From Minisyncoccota bacterium (GTDB taxonomy: Bacteria; Patescibacteriota; Minisyncoccia; Phycocordibacterales; UBA9973): a stretch of 64,000 bases of DNA. The translations under genes and the position numbers were made by a program. The stretch is taken from contig JBAZKU010000001.1 in NCBI GenBank assembly GCA_041650615.1, forward strand, positions 458,750 to 522,749, given 5' to 3'. Position 1 is the first letter of the stretch; each line of letters begins with the position of its first letter. Positions 30,444 to 39,990 of the stretch are shown piece after piece. The notes under the pieces were generated by a model. That model was not told the DNA's origin. It saw only the letters and a program-made list of their open reading frames with translations, and searched no databases.

Positions 30444-33218
30444 TTAATAAATTCCGATTGTATTTTCAAACGGATAAGGATTTCCTAACCGTATGTATTT
30501 TGATCCTTGGGTTTCATGACCATAAGTATCAACTAAGTCACCTATGTATAACCTTTCTGGTCCTTCTCCAGGGAATTTAGAAAGATCAGTTGCATTTGAG
30601 AAAAAGGTAAAATTTAGAAATCCGGGGTCATAGATAAGATCATCGTTTAGATAAAGTGATGGTCGCCCCGATACCAAATTAGAATTAGCATCTGGCATTG
30701 TATTTAAATAACCGCTTCCCCATGGGTCTGGGAGTACTTGAAATCCATTATTAATCTTTTTTGTAAAATTATTATAATCATAAAGTATTGGATGTGGATA
30801 AGTCATCCTTTTAACGGAATTAACATTAAAGTCACTCCAGTCTGGATTGTACACTAGATTAACTCCTGGTCCCGCTGAAGAGAAATTTGTTATGTTTTGT
30901 GGGTTACTGAGAAAGGCCTCACAACCATAAGGTCCTTTCAAAAGATCATTATAGATGTAATTTTTTTTGTCAACGATTTGCTTATATAAGTTATCAGCGC
31001 TAGCTATATCATTTCCATTAACCATCTCTAAAGATAATCTTCCGAAAGCATTTATTTGAGTTTTTAATTCGTTTTCATATACGTCACCTCCGTCCGGGTA
31101 TTGCGCATTCAACAAATCAACAGCATCTTTTATTTGTCCTAATATATTTACAGTAGTTTTTAAAGAAATTATTTTATCTTCGTTGTTTTTTATCATCTGA
31201 GAATATCCAGTCAATTGATTAAAACTAGCGGCTGCTTCTTTAGAAACTGCAGGTAAAATTTCCGGACTGGAAAAATAAGTTTTATTCATTATTTCAATGT
31301 ATCTGCTTAATATTTTATTCAAAATCTGAGCTAATCCAGCTTGAGTTGATATATTATTATCCTGTGGATCCATAGAAGTATTGTTATGGGCATTACTTCC
31401 ACCATCATCACGAACTCGGAGTCCATAACCTGTTAACAAATAAAATAGATAAGAGTATTGCTTTCTGGCTTCGTAGGAAAGTTCCCCTGGATCATCAGAT
31501 TGTCCGAAGATTGAACCTAATATACCGCCAATGACAGGGATAGAACTGACAATATTAACAAAGGTGCTGTTCCCGGGCGCTGAATTTGCTCCGGGAATCA
31601 CTATATTTGTCAATGTTTCTTGCGCGTCTTGTTCCCAGCCCGGATGAGGTCCTGGAATACAATAATCCAATTGATAGATAGCTGGTATAAGTCCATATGC
31701 ATTGGAACGTCCTGTAACTACATCAATTTTATAAGGTTTTCCATCGGTGGTGGAATTGAGTTCTTTATTTTGTAGCGCGAGTTTATCAGAATAAGTTCTT
31801 TGCTCGTCTATTAAAGCTTGAGTAAGGTCTGTGCGGATATTGAAATCCGGATTGGCAGCTAGCCAAGAACTTGTAAGTTGAGAAGGCTCAAAATCCTTTT
31901 CTGTTTGGGTTTGAAATATAACGCCTGTGCTTACGTTGCTTGTGGTATACAAAGTTCCATCTGCCCCCTGATTTGAGAGACCAGCAAACCCTTTTTCCAT
32001 AATAGTGGAAGAGAATTGGCCTAAGAGGGCATCTGTAATAGCCGCAACAGCATCATTTAAATCTGTTGCATTTAGATATGCATTATTTTGATAATTAATT
32101 GCTGTCGTAGCCGCCTCGGATATTAATTTCCCCGGTGTAACATACTCCCATCTTTTACATATGCCTATTATGTTTCCTTCAGAATCCTTTTCTCCCGCTA
32201 TTAAAGCTTTATTATGTTCTTCCCTTGTAAGACCCACTGGGTCGGCGCAACGTTGGTCACCCAAAAATCCATTTGCCTGCGCTAGGGCTTCATGCACAGC
32301 CTCCGCTGTTGACTGTGTTGTTCCTTCTAATCTTTGCTGTAATTCATTGTCAGCCATTAATTTAAAACCAAGAGGATTATTAGCCGGGACTTGGGTCATG
32401 GCTGTCCAAGCGTTCCATCCGCCTTGGCTGAAATCTTCTTGAAAAGTTATCGCGGAATATTCTGGGTTGGTTTTTTGAATAAGTTCATTCAAAGAATAGC
32501 GTGCGTTATCTTGAAATTTATTATTGAAAGCTATAGCTGTATTTTGCATCCAAACTTTACCGAATGGAAATAATTGCGGGTCGCTTATTTCTAAACCAAA
32601 TTGCAATACTTCATTTTTGGCAATATCTCCAAAGAATTTACTTGAATCTTGGATGAAGGCAGGACTGCCGTCAAAACCGCTATTAATCCAATTAACCGTA
32701 CTGACAGTTAATTTTTGCAGAAGCATTTTTATAATTAATCGCCCGATGCTTTGGATGCAAGTAGAGTTTGCATTCATAGATTCAGTAGCCGTCTTCGTTG
32801 CCTGGGTATTTGCATTAATTGTATCTATTTTTTTTGCTGTTGCTGTTCCTTCAATATTAACCTTAATGGAATCACTTTCACTTGTTAATGAACCCGCTGT
32901 ATCATCTAGCATTTTAATTTCTCTTCCATTAAGATCAGAAATGCTAGAAATTTCCCCAAAATCTGTTATTGTTTCCCCTGAAAAATTTTCTGAACTAGAA
33001 TTTAATAAATTTCCAATCCCACTAAACAAGCTTTTTACTCCGCTATTTATTACATTTTTACATTGTGGTAATATGGCAATAGCTGGGGCCAGTCCGGTAG
33101 CATATCCTGTTAAACTTTGTGCTTCGGCCTTTTTAGGAATAAAACTCAAAGGCATCAATATTGTACTTATAATTAGGATGGGAGGGATTATTAAATTAGT
33201 AAGATATTTTTTCTTCAT
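30444..33218 (-). CDS. large secreted/membrane protein of T4SS-like operon
   Basis: signal peptide ending KAEAQ; STVNWINSGFDGSPAFI, DFSQGGW, GFLGDQRC, VTPG motifs. Confidence 0.7.
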   Translation of the reverse strand: MKKKYLTNLIIPPILIISTILMPLSFIPKKAEAQSLTGYATGLAPAIAILPQCKNVINSGVKSLFSGIGNLLNSSSENFSGETITDFGEISSISDLNGREIKMLDDTAGSLTSESDSIKVNIEGTATAKKIDTINANTQATKTATESMNANSTCIQSIGRLIIKMLLQKLTVSTVNWINSGFDGSPAFIQDSSKFFGDIAKNEVLQFGLEISDPQLFPFGKVWMQNTAIAFNNKFQDNARYSLNELIQKTNPEYSAITFQEDFSQGGWNAWTAMTQVPANNPLGFKLMADNELQQRLEGTTQSTAEAVHEALAQANGFLGDQRCADPVGLTREEHNKALIAGEKDSEGNIIGICKRWEYVTPGKLISEAATTAINYQNNAYLNATDLNDAVAAITDALLGQFSSTIMEKGFAGLSNQGADGTLYTTSNVSTGVIFQTQTEKDFEPSQLTSSWLAANPDFNIRTDLTQALIDEQRTYSDKLALQNKELNSTTDGKPYKIDVVTGRSNAYGLIPAIYQLDYCIPGPHPGWEQDAQETLTNIVIPGANSAPGNSTFVNIVSSIPVIGGILGSIFGQSDDPGELSYEARKQYSYLFYLLTGYGLRVRDDGGSNAHNNTSMDPQDNNISTQAGLAQILNKILSRYIEIMNKTYFSSPEILPAVSKEAAASFNQLTGYSQMIKNNEDKIISLKTTVNILGQIKDAVDLLNAQYPDGGDVYENELKTQINAFGRLSLEMVNGNDIASADNLYKQIVDKKNYIYNDLLKGPYGCEAFLSNPQNITNFSSAGPGVNLVYNPDWSDFNVNSVKRMTYPHPILYDYNNFTKKINNGFQVLPDPWGSGYLNTMPDANSNLVSGRPSLYLNDDLIYDPGFLNFTFFSNATDLSKFPGEGPERLYIGDLVDTYGHETQGSKYIRLGNPYPFENTIGIY

Positions 33219-33243
33219 TTTTTGCTATTTTCCTTTTATTATA

Positions 33244-34179
33244 TCATTGTTTTGACAAAGTTGTTTCTAGGGCCCCCACTGCTTTTATTAAATCATCGCT
33301 ATATTTTTGATACTGAGAAAGTCCTGAGAGCCCAATAATAGGATCACTTACAATTTTCTCCATATTTAATACGCTTATGCCGGTGTTATTGGAGCTATTT
33401 GCTATTTGCAGATGATATTCAGCCAAACTTTGTGGAACATTCATTTCTATTACTTTTTTGGCAAAATTCTGATATGCGTTTCCTATTGTAGATAATTTAT
33501 CATATTGATTAGTATCATTTATTGTTTCACTGGTAGAATCTGTGGCAAGTCCGTTACTAATAATAATTAACTCGTCCCCTAATCCAACTTCCTGATAACT
33601 TTTGAATAGTTTTTGCATATCTTCATAATATTTTTGTTTTGAAACCAAGTTATCGGTAGTACTTATCTTTATATCTGCCTCCGAATAACGATCAATTAAA
33701 TTGGGATTCACTATATTTTGCCCGAGAGAGCTGGAAAAATTATTAATAGTGTCATTGTCAACTTGCCCGGAAGATTTCAATGCTGAATAACTGGCAAAAA
33801 ACTCTCTGGCAAACTTTTCGGTTTCCGTTAAATTTGCTTCATTGGCACTTGTGTTTTCTTCTATGTTCAATTCTTTCTTTTTATTTTCTATATAAGTGGC
33901 GTCGGGGGTATCATTAAAAGTTATTTTTTTGTTCGGATTTGTCCCCCAGAGAGATTCTTCCCAATCAGGGATGTTGTCATTATCTGTGTCTTTTTCTATT
34001 AAGCCTGTAATAGATTGATTCTCTACTTTCAGGGCAGTATCTTTTTCCCCTCCTATGTTAAAATTTTCTCCACTGGAGGACATAAAGAAAATCACAAAAA
34101 TAATTATCACTAAAACAATAATAACACTTGTTATTATTATAAATTTTTTACTCGGTAAGTATTTAAAATATTTTTCCAT
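33244..34179 (-). CDS. membrane-anchored protein with Ca-binding (thrombospondin type 3-like) motif
   Basis: N-terminal TM, then DTDNDNIPDWEESLWGTNP. Confidence 0.7.
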   Translation of the reverse strand: MEKYFKYLPSKKFIIITSVIIVLVIIIFVIFFMSSSGENFNIGGEKDTALKVENQSITGLIEKDTDNDNIPDWEESLWGTNPNKKITFNDTPDATYIENKKKELNIEENTSANEANLTETEKFAREFFASYSALKSSGQVDNDTINNFSSSLGQNIVNPNLIDRYSEADIKISTTDNLVSKQKYYEDMQKLFKSYQEVGLGDELIIISNGLATDSTSETINDTNQYDKLSTIGNAYQNFAKKVIEMNVPQSLAEYHLQIANSSNNTGISVLNMEKIVSDPIIGLSGLSQYQKYSDDLIKAVGALETTLSKQ

Positions 34180-34220
34180 TTTTACTTTTCAATTTTATGA
34201 ACTTTTTACTTGATAACTTT

Positions 34221-34616
34221 TTAATATCTTGATGTTCCAAAAAGATTTATCGTATCTAAACTGACTATTTGGACATCTCCTGCCGGATTAGTACAGGTTA
34301 TCATTGTTTGCCCGCTATACCTGCCTAATATTAATTGACTCATTGTTGGAGTAGTTCTGGTTTTTGAGGTTATATAAGATGGAATGAAGTAGTCTGTTGG
34401 AGTACCAATAGGTGAACCAATTGGTGTGATTGAAATAGAAGTACCAGACATGGGACAAACATAACCAGTTGCTTCCAATATTGTTACTTCTGTGGCTTTA
34501 GTGTTAATTATTTTCCCCCCAAAGACTCCCCCCAAAAAAGAATAAGCAAAAACTATCTTGGCGCTAATAGATACCAAAAAAACTATTAGCAAAACAAAAA
34601 TGGTGCCTTTTTTCAT
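34221..34616 (-). CDS. small secreted protein, first gene of T4SS-like operon
   Basis: signal peptide, two Cys, C-terminal FGTS; TATAAT 6 nt before ATG. Confidence 0.65.
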   Translation of the reverse strand: MKKGTIFVLLIVFLVSISAKIVFAYSFLGGVFGGKIINTKATEVTILEATGYVCPMSGTSISITPIGSPIGTPTDYFIPSYITSKTRTTPTMSQLILGRYSGQTMITCTNPAGDVQIVSLDTINLFGTSRY

Positions 34617-34648
34617 ATCTATATTATAACAATATTAAGAGGTGAGGG

Positions 34649-35515
34649 CTATCCTTTTTTGTTAATATCTATGGCTTTGGCAAGATTTAACCAATCTTCC
34701 AACGTCAGTTCTTCTGCCCTTTTATTCCCAAGTATCCTGGCGGAAGCTATTCTTCCGTATTTTGAGAGAGTTTTTAAATTTGAAGAGAGTTTTTTTCTCT
34801 TATGCGCAAAACCAGCGTGAATTATTTCCCAAAATTTCTCTTCATTTATTTTATTTTTAATAAAATTTTTTCTGGAAATATTTTTAATAGCAATGACCAC
34901 TGAATTCACATTAGGAACGGGTGAAAAGTACCGTGCCGGTACCTTCATAATCGTTTCAGGATTTCCATATGCTTTTACCGAGATTGAAAGAATGCTTTCT
35001 TTTTTATCTCTAGCCATAATTCTTTTGGCGACTTCGTTTTGAACCATCAATATCATTCTTTCCGGCTGATTTTTCTCCGTCAGAAATTTTTTTAATATTG
35101 CGCCAGTGATATTGTAAGGTATGTTGGCAATAATTTTATATTCAAAATCTGGGTGTTTCTTTCGATTTTGAGCTTCCCGAGGGGCCCACTCGGTAATCCG
35201 AGAAGGGCGCAGGGACGAAAAATCGGAAGAAACATCCAGATTTAAGATATCGTCATTTATTAGGATCAATTTCTCATCTTTAATTTCCTTAGAAAATTTT
35301 TCTTGCAAAAATTTAAAAAGTTCATAGTCTTTCTCTATGGCAATTACACAGCCAGCTCTTTCTAAAAGTTTTTCTGTCAGTGCGCCTTTTCCAGGACCGA
35401 TTTCTAAAATAATATCTTCTTCAGAGATTTCCCCAGCTTCCACTATTTTTTTTAGCGCCAAAGCAGACTTTAAAAAATTTTGCCCTAATGATTTTTTTGC
35501 CTTGTATATTTTCAT
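34649..35515 (-). CDS. rsmA: 16S rRNA m6,2A dimethyltransferase, with in-frame hairpin insertion
   Basis: KKSLGQNFL, EIGPGKGALT, ANIPYNIT, MVQNEVA, RAEEL. Confidence 0.97.
   Translation of the reverse strand: MKIYKAKKSLGQNFLKSALALKKIVEAGEISEEDIILEIGPGKGALTEKLLERAGCVIAIEKDYELFKFLQEKFSKEIKDEKLILINDDILNLDVSSDFSSLRPSRITEWAPREAQNRKKHPDFEYKIIANIPYNITGAILKKFLTEKNQPERMILMVQNEVAKRIMARDKKESILSISVKAYGNPETIMKVPARYFSPVPNVNSVVIAIKNISRKNFIKNKINEEKFWEIIHAGFAHKRKKLSSNLKTLSKYGRIASARILGNKRAEELTLEDWLNLAKAIDINKKG
35145..35243 (-). repeat. hairpin element family C, in frame in rsmA
   Basis: core CGTCCCTGCGCCCTTCTCGGATTACCGAGTGGGCCCCTCGGGAAGCTC nearly identical to 51434-51481; about 25-bp arms. Confidence 0.88.
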
Positions 35516-37584
35516 ATATAAATTGTTTTTATTCCGCCCTTTTCCCTTTCTTTTTCTATAATATCACTGGGAATATCAGAAATGAATTCTGATGGAGTAT
35601 TTATTTGGCGCGAACCGAAAATAGTGCGGAAATTTACAAACGATAAAAATAATTTTTCTTTGGCGCGAGTAAGCGCGACATAAAAAAGTCTACGTTCTTC
35701 TTCCTTATCTTCGGCATTTTTTATTTCACCATCTCTTTGGTGCGGAAAAAGTCCGTCTTCTAATCCTGTGACAAAAACATATTTGAACTCAAGTCCTTTT
35801 GAAGCATGCACGGTCATTAATTTTACGGCATTTTTATTTTCTTTTTTTTCTTGATTAAACATCATTCCGTCTTGATCCGAAGCCAAAGAAGCATCTTCTA
35901 AAAGTTTTTCTATTCCTGTCCCATCCTTTAAATCATTATATTTTAAGGCTAAAGTAGCCAATTCCTTTATATTTTCCAACCTTTCCATGTCTTCTTCGGT
36001 GCCGGAAAGAAGTTCTTTCTCAATGTCGGATTTTTTTATCGTAAATCTTATAACATCAGACGCTTTTTCAGTTACTATTTTTTCTTTTATTTCTTCCAAT
36101 GTTTTATAGAAATTATCAACTTTTGTTTTTACTTTTATTGGTAATGTTTCTTTTTCGCCGGCGAAAATTTTAGCTAGAGTTACTTTTCCTATTCCCCTTG
36201 CAGGGAAGTTTATTATTCTTTTTATATCAGACAAACTTTCTCTGTTAAGTGCAGCCCGAAGATATGCGAGAGTGTCTTTTATTTCTTTTCTTTCAAAAAA
36301 TTTAACACCCAAAACTTGATATGGAATATTATATCGGAGCATTGCTTCTTCCAACGCGCGCGATTGAAAATTCGCGCGGTATAAAACTGCGACTTCGGAC
36401 ATAGATGCGGGTGTGCTTTGAGGGGGTGTCTCAGATGGCGAAAGGCGAGGTATTCTCGAGCGAACCCTTGGTAGGAGCGACGGCGACGGACAGAGAAAAT
36501 TTTCAGCAGAAAATTTTCGTGGTGAGTCCGAGAATACCTCACCTGAAGCCCTGTCCATAATCTCTAAAACTTTTGTCGCGACAAAATCCGCTTCGTCACT
36601 TTCATCCAATGCTTCGTAAAAACCGATTTTCTCACCGATTTTATTTTTGGTGAATAAATTTTTATCCGGCCTGTATTTATTTTTCTTTATTATTTCGTTG
36701 GCCGCCTCTAAGATGTTTTGAGTGGACCTGTAATTTTCTTCAAGCAAAATTATTTTCGCACTAGGGTAATCTTTCTCAAAACTCAAAATATTTTTTAAAT
36801 TGGCTCCGCGCCAAGAATAAATATTTTGATCGGCATCCCCTACCACGCAGATATTTCTATTTTTTTCAGAAAGCAAGCGCGACATTAAATATTGTACTTC
36901 ATTTGTATCTTGATATTCGTCAATGTGGATGTAATCCCATTTTTCTTGATAAATTTTTCTAATTTGTTCATTTTCTTTTAACAACTTGGTTGCTTTTAAA
37001 AGCAAATCGTCAAAATCCAAAGAATTTTCTTTGACTTTTTTCTTTTCATATAAATTCCAAACTTGCGCCACTATCCCCCCAAAAAAATCATGCGTTCTTT
37101 CTTTATAATCCGCCAGAGGAGTAAATTTCCCCTTTTCCCGGCTGATTATGTTGCCTATTTTCTTAGGATCGTATTGTTTCGGGTCCAACCCCAGCTCCTT
37201 TAATGATTCCTTTATAAGGGTTGTTGAATCTGATTCATCTAAAATAGTGAAATGTCTGGTTAATCCTAAAATTCTTGCATTTTCCTTTATTATATAAACT
37301 CCCAAGGAATGAAAAGTACTAATAAAAGGTATAGTATTTTGGCCTTTGGCATTTTCCTTAATTTCCGAGATAATTCGTTCACGCATTTCTTTAGCTGCTT
37401 TATTAGTAAAAGTGACAGCTAGAATTTTCTCCGGAGCGATCCCATTTTTGATTAAATTTAGTATTCTATGCGTTATTGTCTTTGTTTTCCCCGCGCCTGC
37501 TCCGGCAACAATAAGAAGCGGTCCGTCTATATGGATTGCTGCCTCTCTTTGTTTACTGTTGAGTCCCCTTAAATGTTCGTCCAT
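35512..37584 (-). CDS. pcrA: UvrD/PcrA superfamily I helicase, with in-frame insertion
   Basis: AGAGAGKT, DEYQD, VGDADQNIY, ENYRS, MTVHASKGLEF, EERRLFYVALTRAK. Confidence 0.96.
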   Translation of the reverse strand: MDEHLRGLNSKQREAAIHIDGPLLIVAGAGAGKTKTITHRILNLIKNGIAPEKILAVTFTNKAAKEMRERIISEIKENAKGQNTIPFISTFHSLGVYIIKENARILGLTRHFTILDESDSTTLIKESLKELGLDPKQYDPKKIGNIISREKGKFTPLADYKERTHDFFGGIVAQVWNLYEKKKVKENSLDFDDLLLKATKLLKENEQIRKIYQEKWDYIHIDEYQDTNEVQYLMSRLLSEKNRNICVVGDADQNIYSWRGANLKNILSFEKDYPSAKIILLEENYRSTQNILEAANEIIKKNKYRPDKNLFTKNKIGEKIGFYEALDESDEADFVATKVLEIMDRASGEVFSDSPRKFSAENFLCPSPSLLPRVRSRIPRLSPSETPPQSTPASMSEVAVLYRANFQSRALEEAMLRYNIPYQVLGVKFFERKEIKDTLAYLRAALNRESLSDIKRIINFPARGIGKVTLAKIFAGEKETLPIKVKTKVDNFYKTLEEIKEKIVTEKASDVIRFTIKKSDIEKELLSGTEEDMERLENIKELATLALKYNDLKDGTGIEKLLEDASLASDQDGMMFNQEKKENKNAVKLMTVHASKGLEFKYVFVTGLEDGLFPHQRDGEIKNAEDKEEERRLFYVALTRAKEKLFLSFVNFRTIFGSRQINTPSEFISDIPSDIIEKEREKGGIKTIYI
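36443..36544 (-). repeat. hairpin element family B, in frame in pcrA
   Basis: core matches 43683-43746; 16-bp arms AGGTGAGGTATTCTCG/CGAGAATACCTCGCCT. Confidence 0.88.
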
Positions 37585-37963
37585 TCTTTGTTAATATTAG
37601 CACATAATAAAAATAGCCCAAATTTTAAGGCTTTTTGGTGTTTTCTCTAATTTGGTTGTCATGGTTATATAACACTAAAAATATAATGTCAATTAGTTTT
37701 CCACAGACTGGGTGGACTTAAAGCATGAAGTGAGCTACCCTTTAAATAATCCCGAATATGAAGCGAAGATTAAACTGTCTAAAAGAATAGAAATGTCAGT
37801 AACCATCGCGAGAGCCTTATTTTGCAGCACAATTCTGGTCGTTCTGTGATTCTGCCCTTAATTTTAAAGGGGCTGAGAGGAAAACTTGCGGTAATTAATT
37901 TGCCTTATAAAACCTCAATTTAAAATATACAGCTCTATTCTAGCCTTTTCCCTTGTATTTGGG

Positions 37964-38935
37964 GTGTTTTTTGTGTCTGTTGGCCTTGTAAATGCCCAAG
38001 ATGTCACAGAAGTTGCTTTGGATCCTAGAAATGTTTCCATTTCCCCTATTATCGGTCAAAATAAGGATGAAATTGACTTAAGTGCAAATATCAACATTTC
38101 GGGCAATGCTCTTCTTCCTGCAGTCAACCATGTAAGTATTCCGGGAGAAGCTGAGGCTGGAGATTCCTCTTCTGATCAGATAATTGTTTATGTGGTAAGA
38201 AAAGGTGACTCCATCTCTCAAATAGCAGAAATGTTTGGAGTTTCTACTAATACTATTCTTTGGGCAAATGATTTAAAAAAGGGAGCAGTCTTAAAAGAAG
38301 GTGACGTTTTACTTATTTTGCCAGTTTCTGGAGTTAAACATATTGTTCAAAAAGGCCAGACCTTAAAGGGTATTGCTCAAAAATATAACGCTGAGGTGTC
38401 AGATATTGCTGCATTTAACGGTATTTCTGAAAGTGCTATTTTGGCTATTGGTGAAGAATTAATTATTCCGGATGGAGAAATGTATATTGAAGGAGCAACA
38501 AGTAACGACAGTACAAATAAAAATATAAAGACACCGAGCAAGAACTTAGCTGGTTATTTCGTAAATCCAGCTCCAGGAGCTATTAGAACTCAAAACTTGC
38601 ATGGGAAGAATGCGGTTGATCTAGCTGCCCCAATTGGCACTCCAATTCGAGCTGCTGCAGCCGGAACTGTCTTAGTCGCTCGTATGGGTTGGAACGGAGG
38701 TTATGGAGGTTTGATAATTATTCAACATTCAAATGGAACCAAGACCCTTTATAGTCACTTATCTAGCTTAAATACTGGTACCGGTAAAAAAGTTTCTCAA
38801 GGAGAGGTAATTGCTAAGATGGGTAATACTGGACATGTCAGAGCTGTTCCAGGTGGGACTGGTTCACACTTACACTTTGAAGTTGACGGAGCAAAAAATC
38901 CTGGGGCAACAACTCCAATGTCCTGGGCAAACTAA
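37964..38935 (+). CDS. LysM-repeat M23 family peptidase
   Basis: two LysM repeats; H..NAVDLA, YSHL, HLHFEV. Confidence 0.92.
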   Translation: MFFVSVGLVNAQDVTEVALDPRNVSISPIIGQNKDEIDLSANINISGNALLPAVNHVSIPGEAEAGDSSSDQIIVYVVRKGDSISQIAEMFGVSTNTILWANDLKKGAVLKEGDVLLILPVSGVKHIVQKGQTLKGIAQKYNAEVSDIAAFNGISESAILAIGEELIIPDGEMYIEGATSNDSTNKNIKTPSKNLAGYFVNPAPGAIRTQNLHGKNAVDLAAPIGTPIRAAAAGTVLVARMGWNGGYGGLIIIQHSNGTKTLYSHLSSLNTGTGKKVSQGEVIAKMGNTGHVRAVPGGTGSHLHFEVDGAKNPGATTPMSWAN

Positions 38936-38969
38936 AAATAAAGATGCACATGTATTTATTGTTTTCGTG

Positions 38970-39040
38970 TGCGGGATGGGAGAATCGAACTCCCAACCTC
39001 AGTTTGGAAAACTGACGTTTTACCATTAAACTAATCCCGC
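38970..39040 (-). tRNA. tRNA-Gly(UCC)
   Basis: GCGGGAT acceptor, anticodon loop TTTCCAA, GTTCGATTC. Confidence 0.93.
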
Positions 39041-39079
39041 TTTCCGCTCATAGTCGAAGACCCTGAGCTTACCGAAGGG

Positions 39080-39150
39080 TCGGGCTGCTGGGAATCGAAC
39101 CCAGTCTAAACGCTCCCAAAGCGCTTGTACTACCGGTATACTACAGCCCG
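39080..39150 (-). tRNA. tRNA-Pro(UGG)
   Basis: CGGGCTG acceptor, anticodon loop TTTGGGA, GGTTCGATTCC. Confidence 0.93.
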
Positions 39151-39189
39151 ATAAACGATATGATCATAAAAAACAACATATAACGACAA

Positions 39190-39236
39190 CAGTCTAAACG
39201 CTCCCAAGGTGCTTGTACTACTGGTACATACAGCCC
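39190..39236 (-). pseudogene. degenerate partial copy of tRNA-Pro (5' two thirds)
   Basis: CAGTCTAAACGCTCCCAAGGTGCTTGTACTACTGGTACATACAGCCC aligns to 39102-39149 with few changes; T-arm and 3' acceptor strand absent. Confidence 0.8.
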
Positions 39237-39256
39237 ATGAAAACTTTTTGAGTATA

Positions 39257-39670
39257 TCATAAAATAATATCGCTCACCACTTTTACCCTTGCCTTTTTTT
39301 CTTTTTGGCATATGTAAACAACCAATAAATCAACCTGCCACTCTTTTTCTTCTTCATTGATATTTTTATTTAAAAGATAAGTTTGAATTGTCCTTGATAA
39401 TCTCTTTAATTTCCAAGGGTGCATATTGTCTTCAGGATGGTAATTATCTAATGTTTCATGATTAACACTACCCAAAGTTTCACGCAAAACACTTTTTACT
39501 TCCACAAAATATAATTTATTATCCTTCTCAGCCACAATATCTATTTCTCCCCATTTTTTAGTGTAATTTCGGTCTAATATTAAAAAACCATGTTTCATGA
39601 GAAACCCTTCAGCTATATTTTCACCTATTTCCCCTGTTTTTTGCGTTTCTGATGTAAAAACTTTTGGCAT
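39257..39670 (-). CDS. yraN: YraN family (UPF0102) endonuclease-like protein
   Basis: GEIGENIA, RNY..KWGEIDIV, FVEVKS. Confidence 0.9.
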   Translation of the reverse strand: MPKVFTSETQKTGEIGENIAEGFLMKHGFLILDRNYTKKWGEIDIVAEKDNKLYFVEVKSVLRETLGSVNHETLDNYHPEDNMHPWKLKRLSRTIQTYLLNKNINEEEKEWQVDLLVVYICQKEKKARVKVVSDIIL

Positions 39671-39911
39671 TCTCTGCTTGTTTCATGTAAAACATCTATA
39701 ATTATGTTTCACGTGAAACTTTTTACTTAATTTTTATGTCTTTTATTATAATATCCTTATTTTACAACGCATTTTTAACAAAAATACCTCTTAAAGACAA
39801 CATTTTTCTATGTCCTTTATAAACATTACCAACATAGTTATCCACAGTTTTTTACAAAACCCTTATAAAATGAAGATAAAATAAAGAAAGTATAAAGGAC
39901 AGGAAAATTTG

Positions 39912-39982
39912 TGCGGCTAGGGAGAATCGAACTCCCGTCTCATCCTTGGCAAGGACGTGTTCTACCACTAAACCATAACCGC
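39912..39982 (-). tRNA. tRNA-Gly(GCC)
   Basis: GCGGTTA acceptor, anticodon loop TTGCCAA, GTTCGATTC. Confidence 0.93.
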
Positions 39983-39990
39983 TTTTTATT

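Noticed and set aside
32524-33255. 243-aa plus-strand ORF and other long antisense ORFs (29076-29582, 57099-57680, 52162-52587)
   Set aside because: Shadow frames fully opposite well-supported genes, with no recognisable motifs.
18884-34616. integrative conjugative element
   Set aside because: No relaxase, coupling protein, integrase or boundary repeats; kept as a T4SS-like core locus instead.
36397-36553. intein or self-splicing intron in pcrA (also considered for polA, rsmA, murI)
   Set aside because: Too short, no C/S...HN intein termini and no group I/II core; the pcrA and rsmA inserts match intergenic repeats instead.
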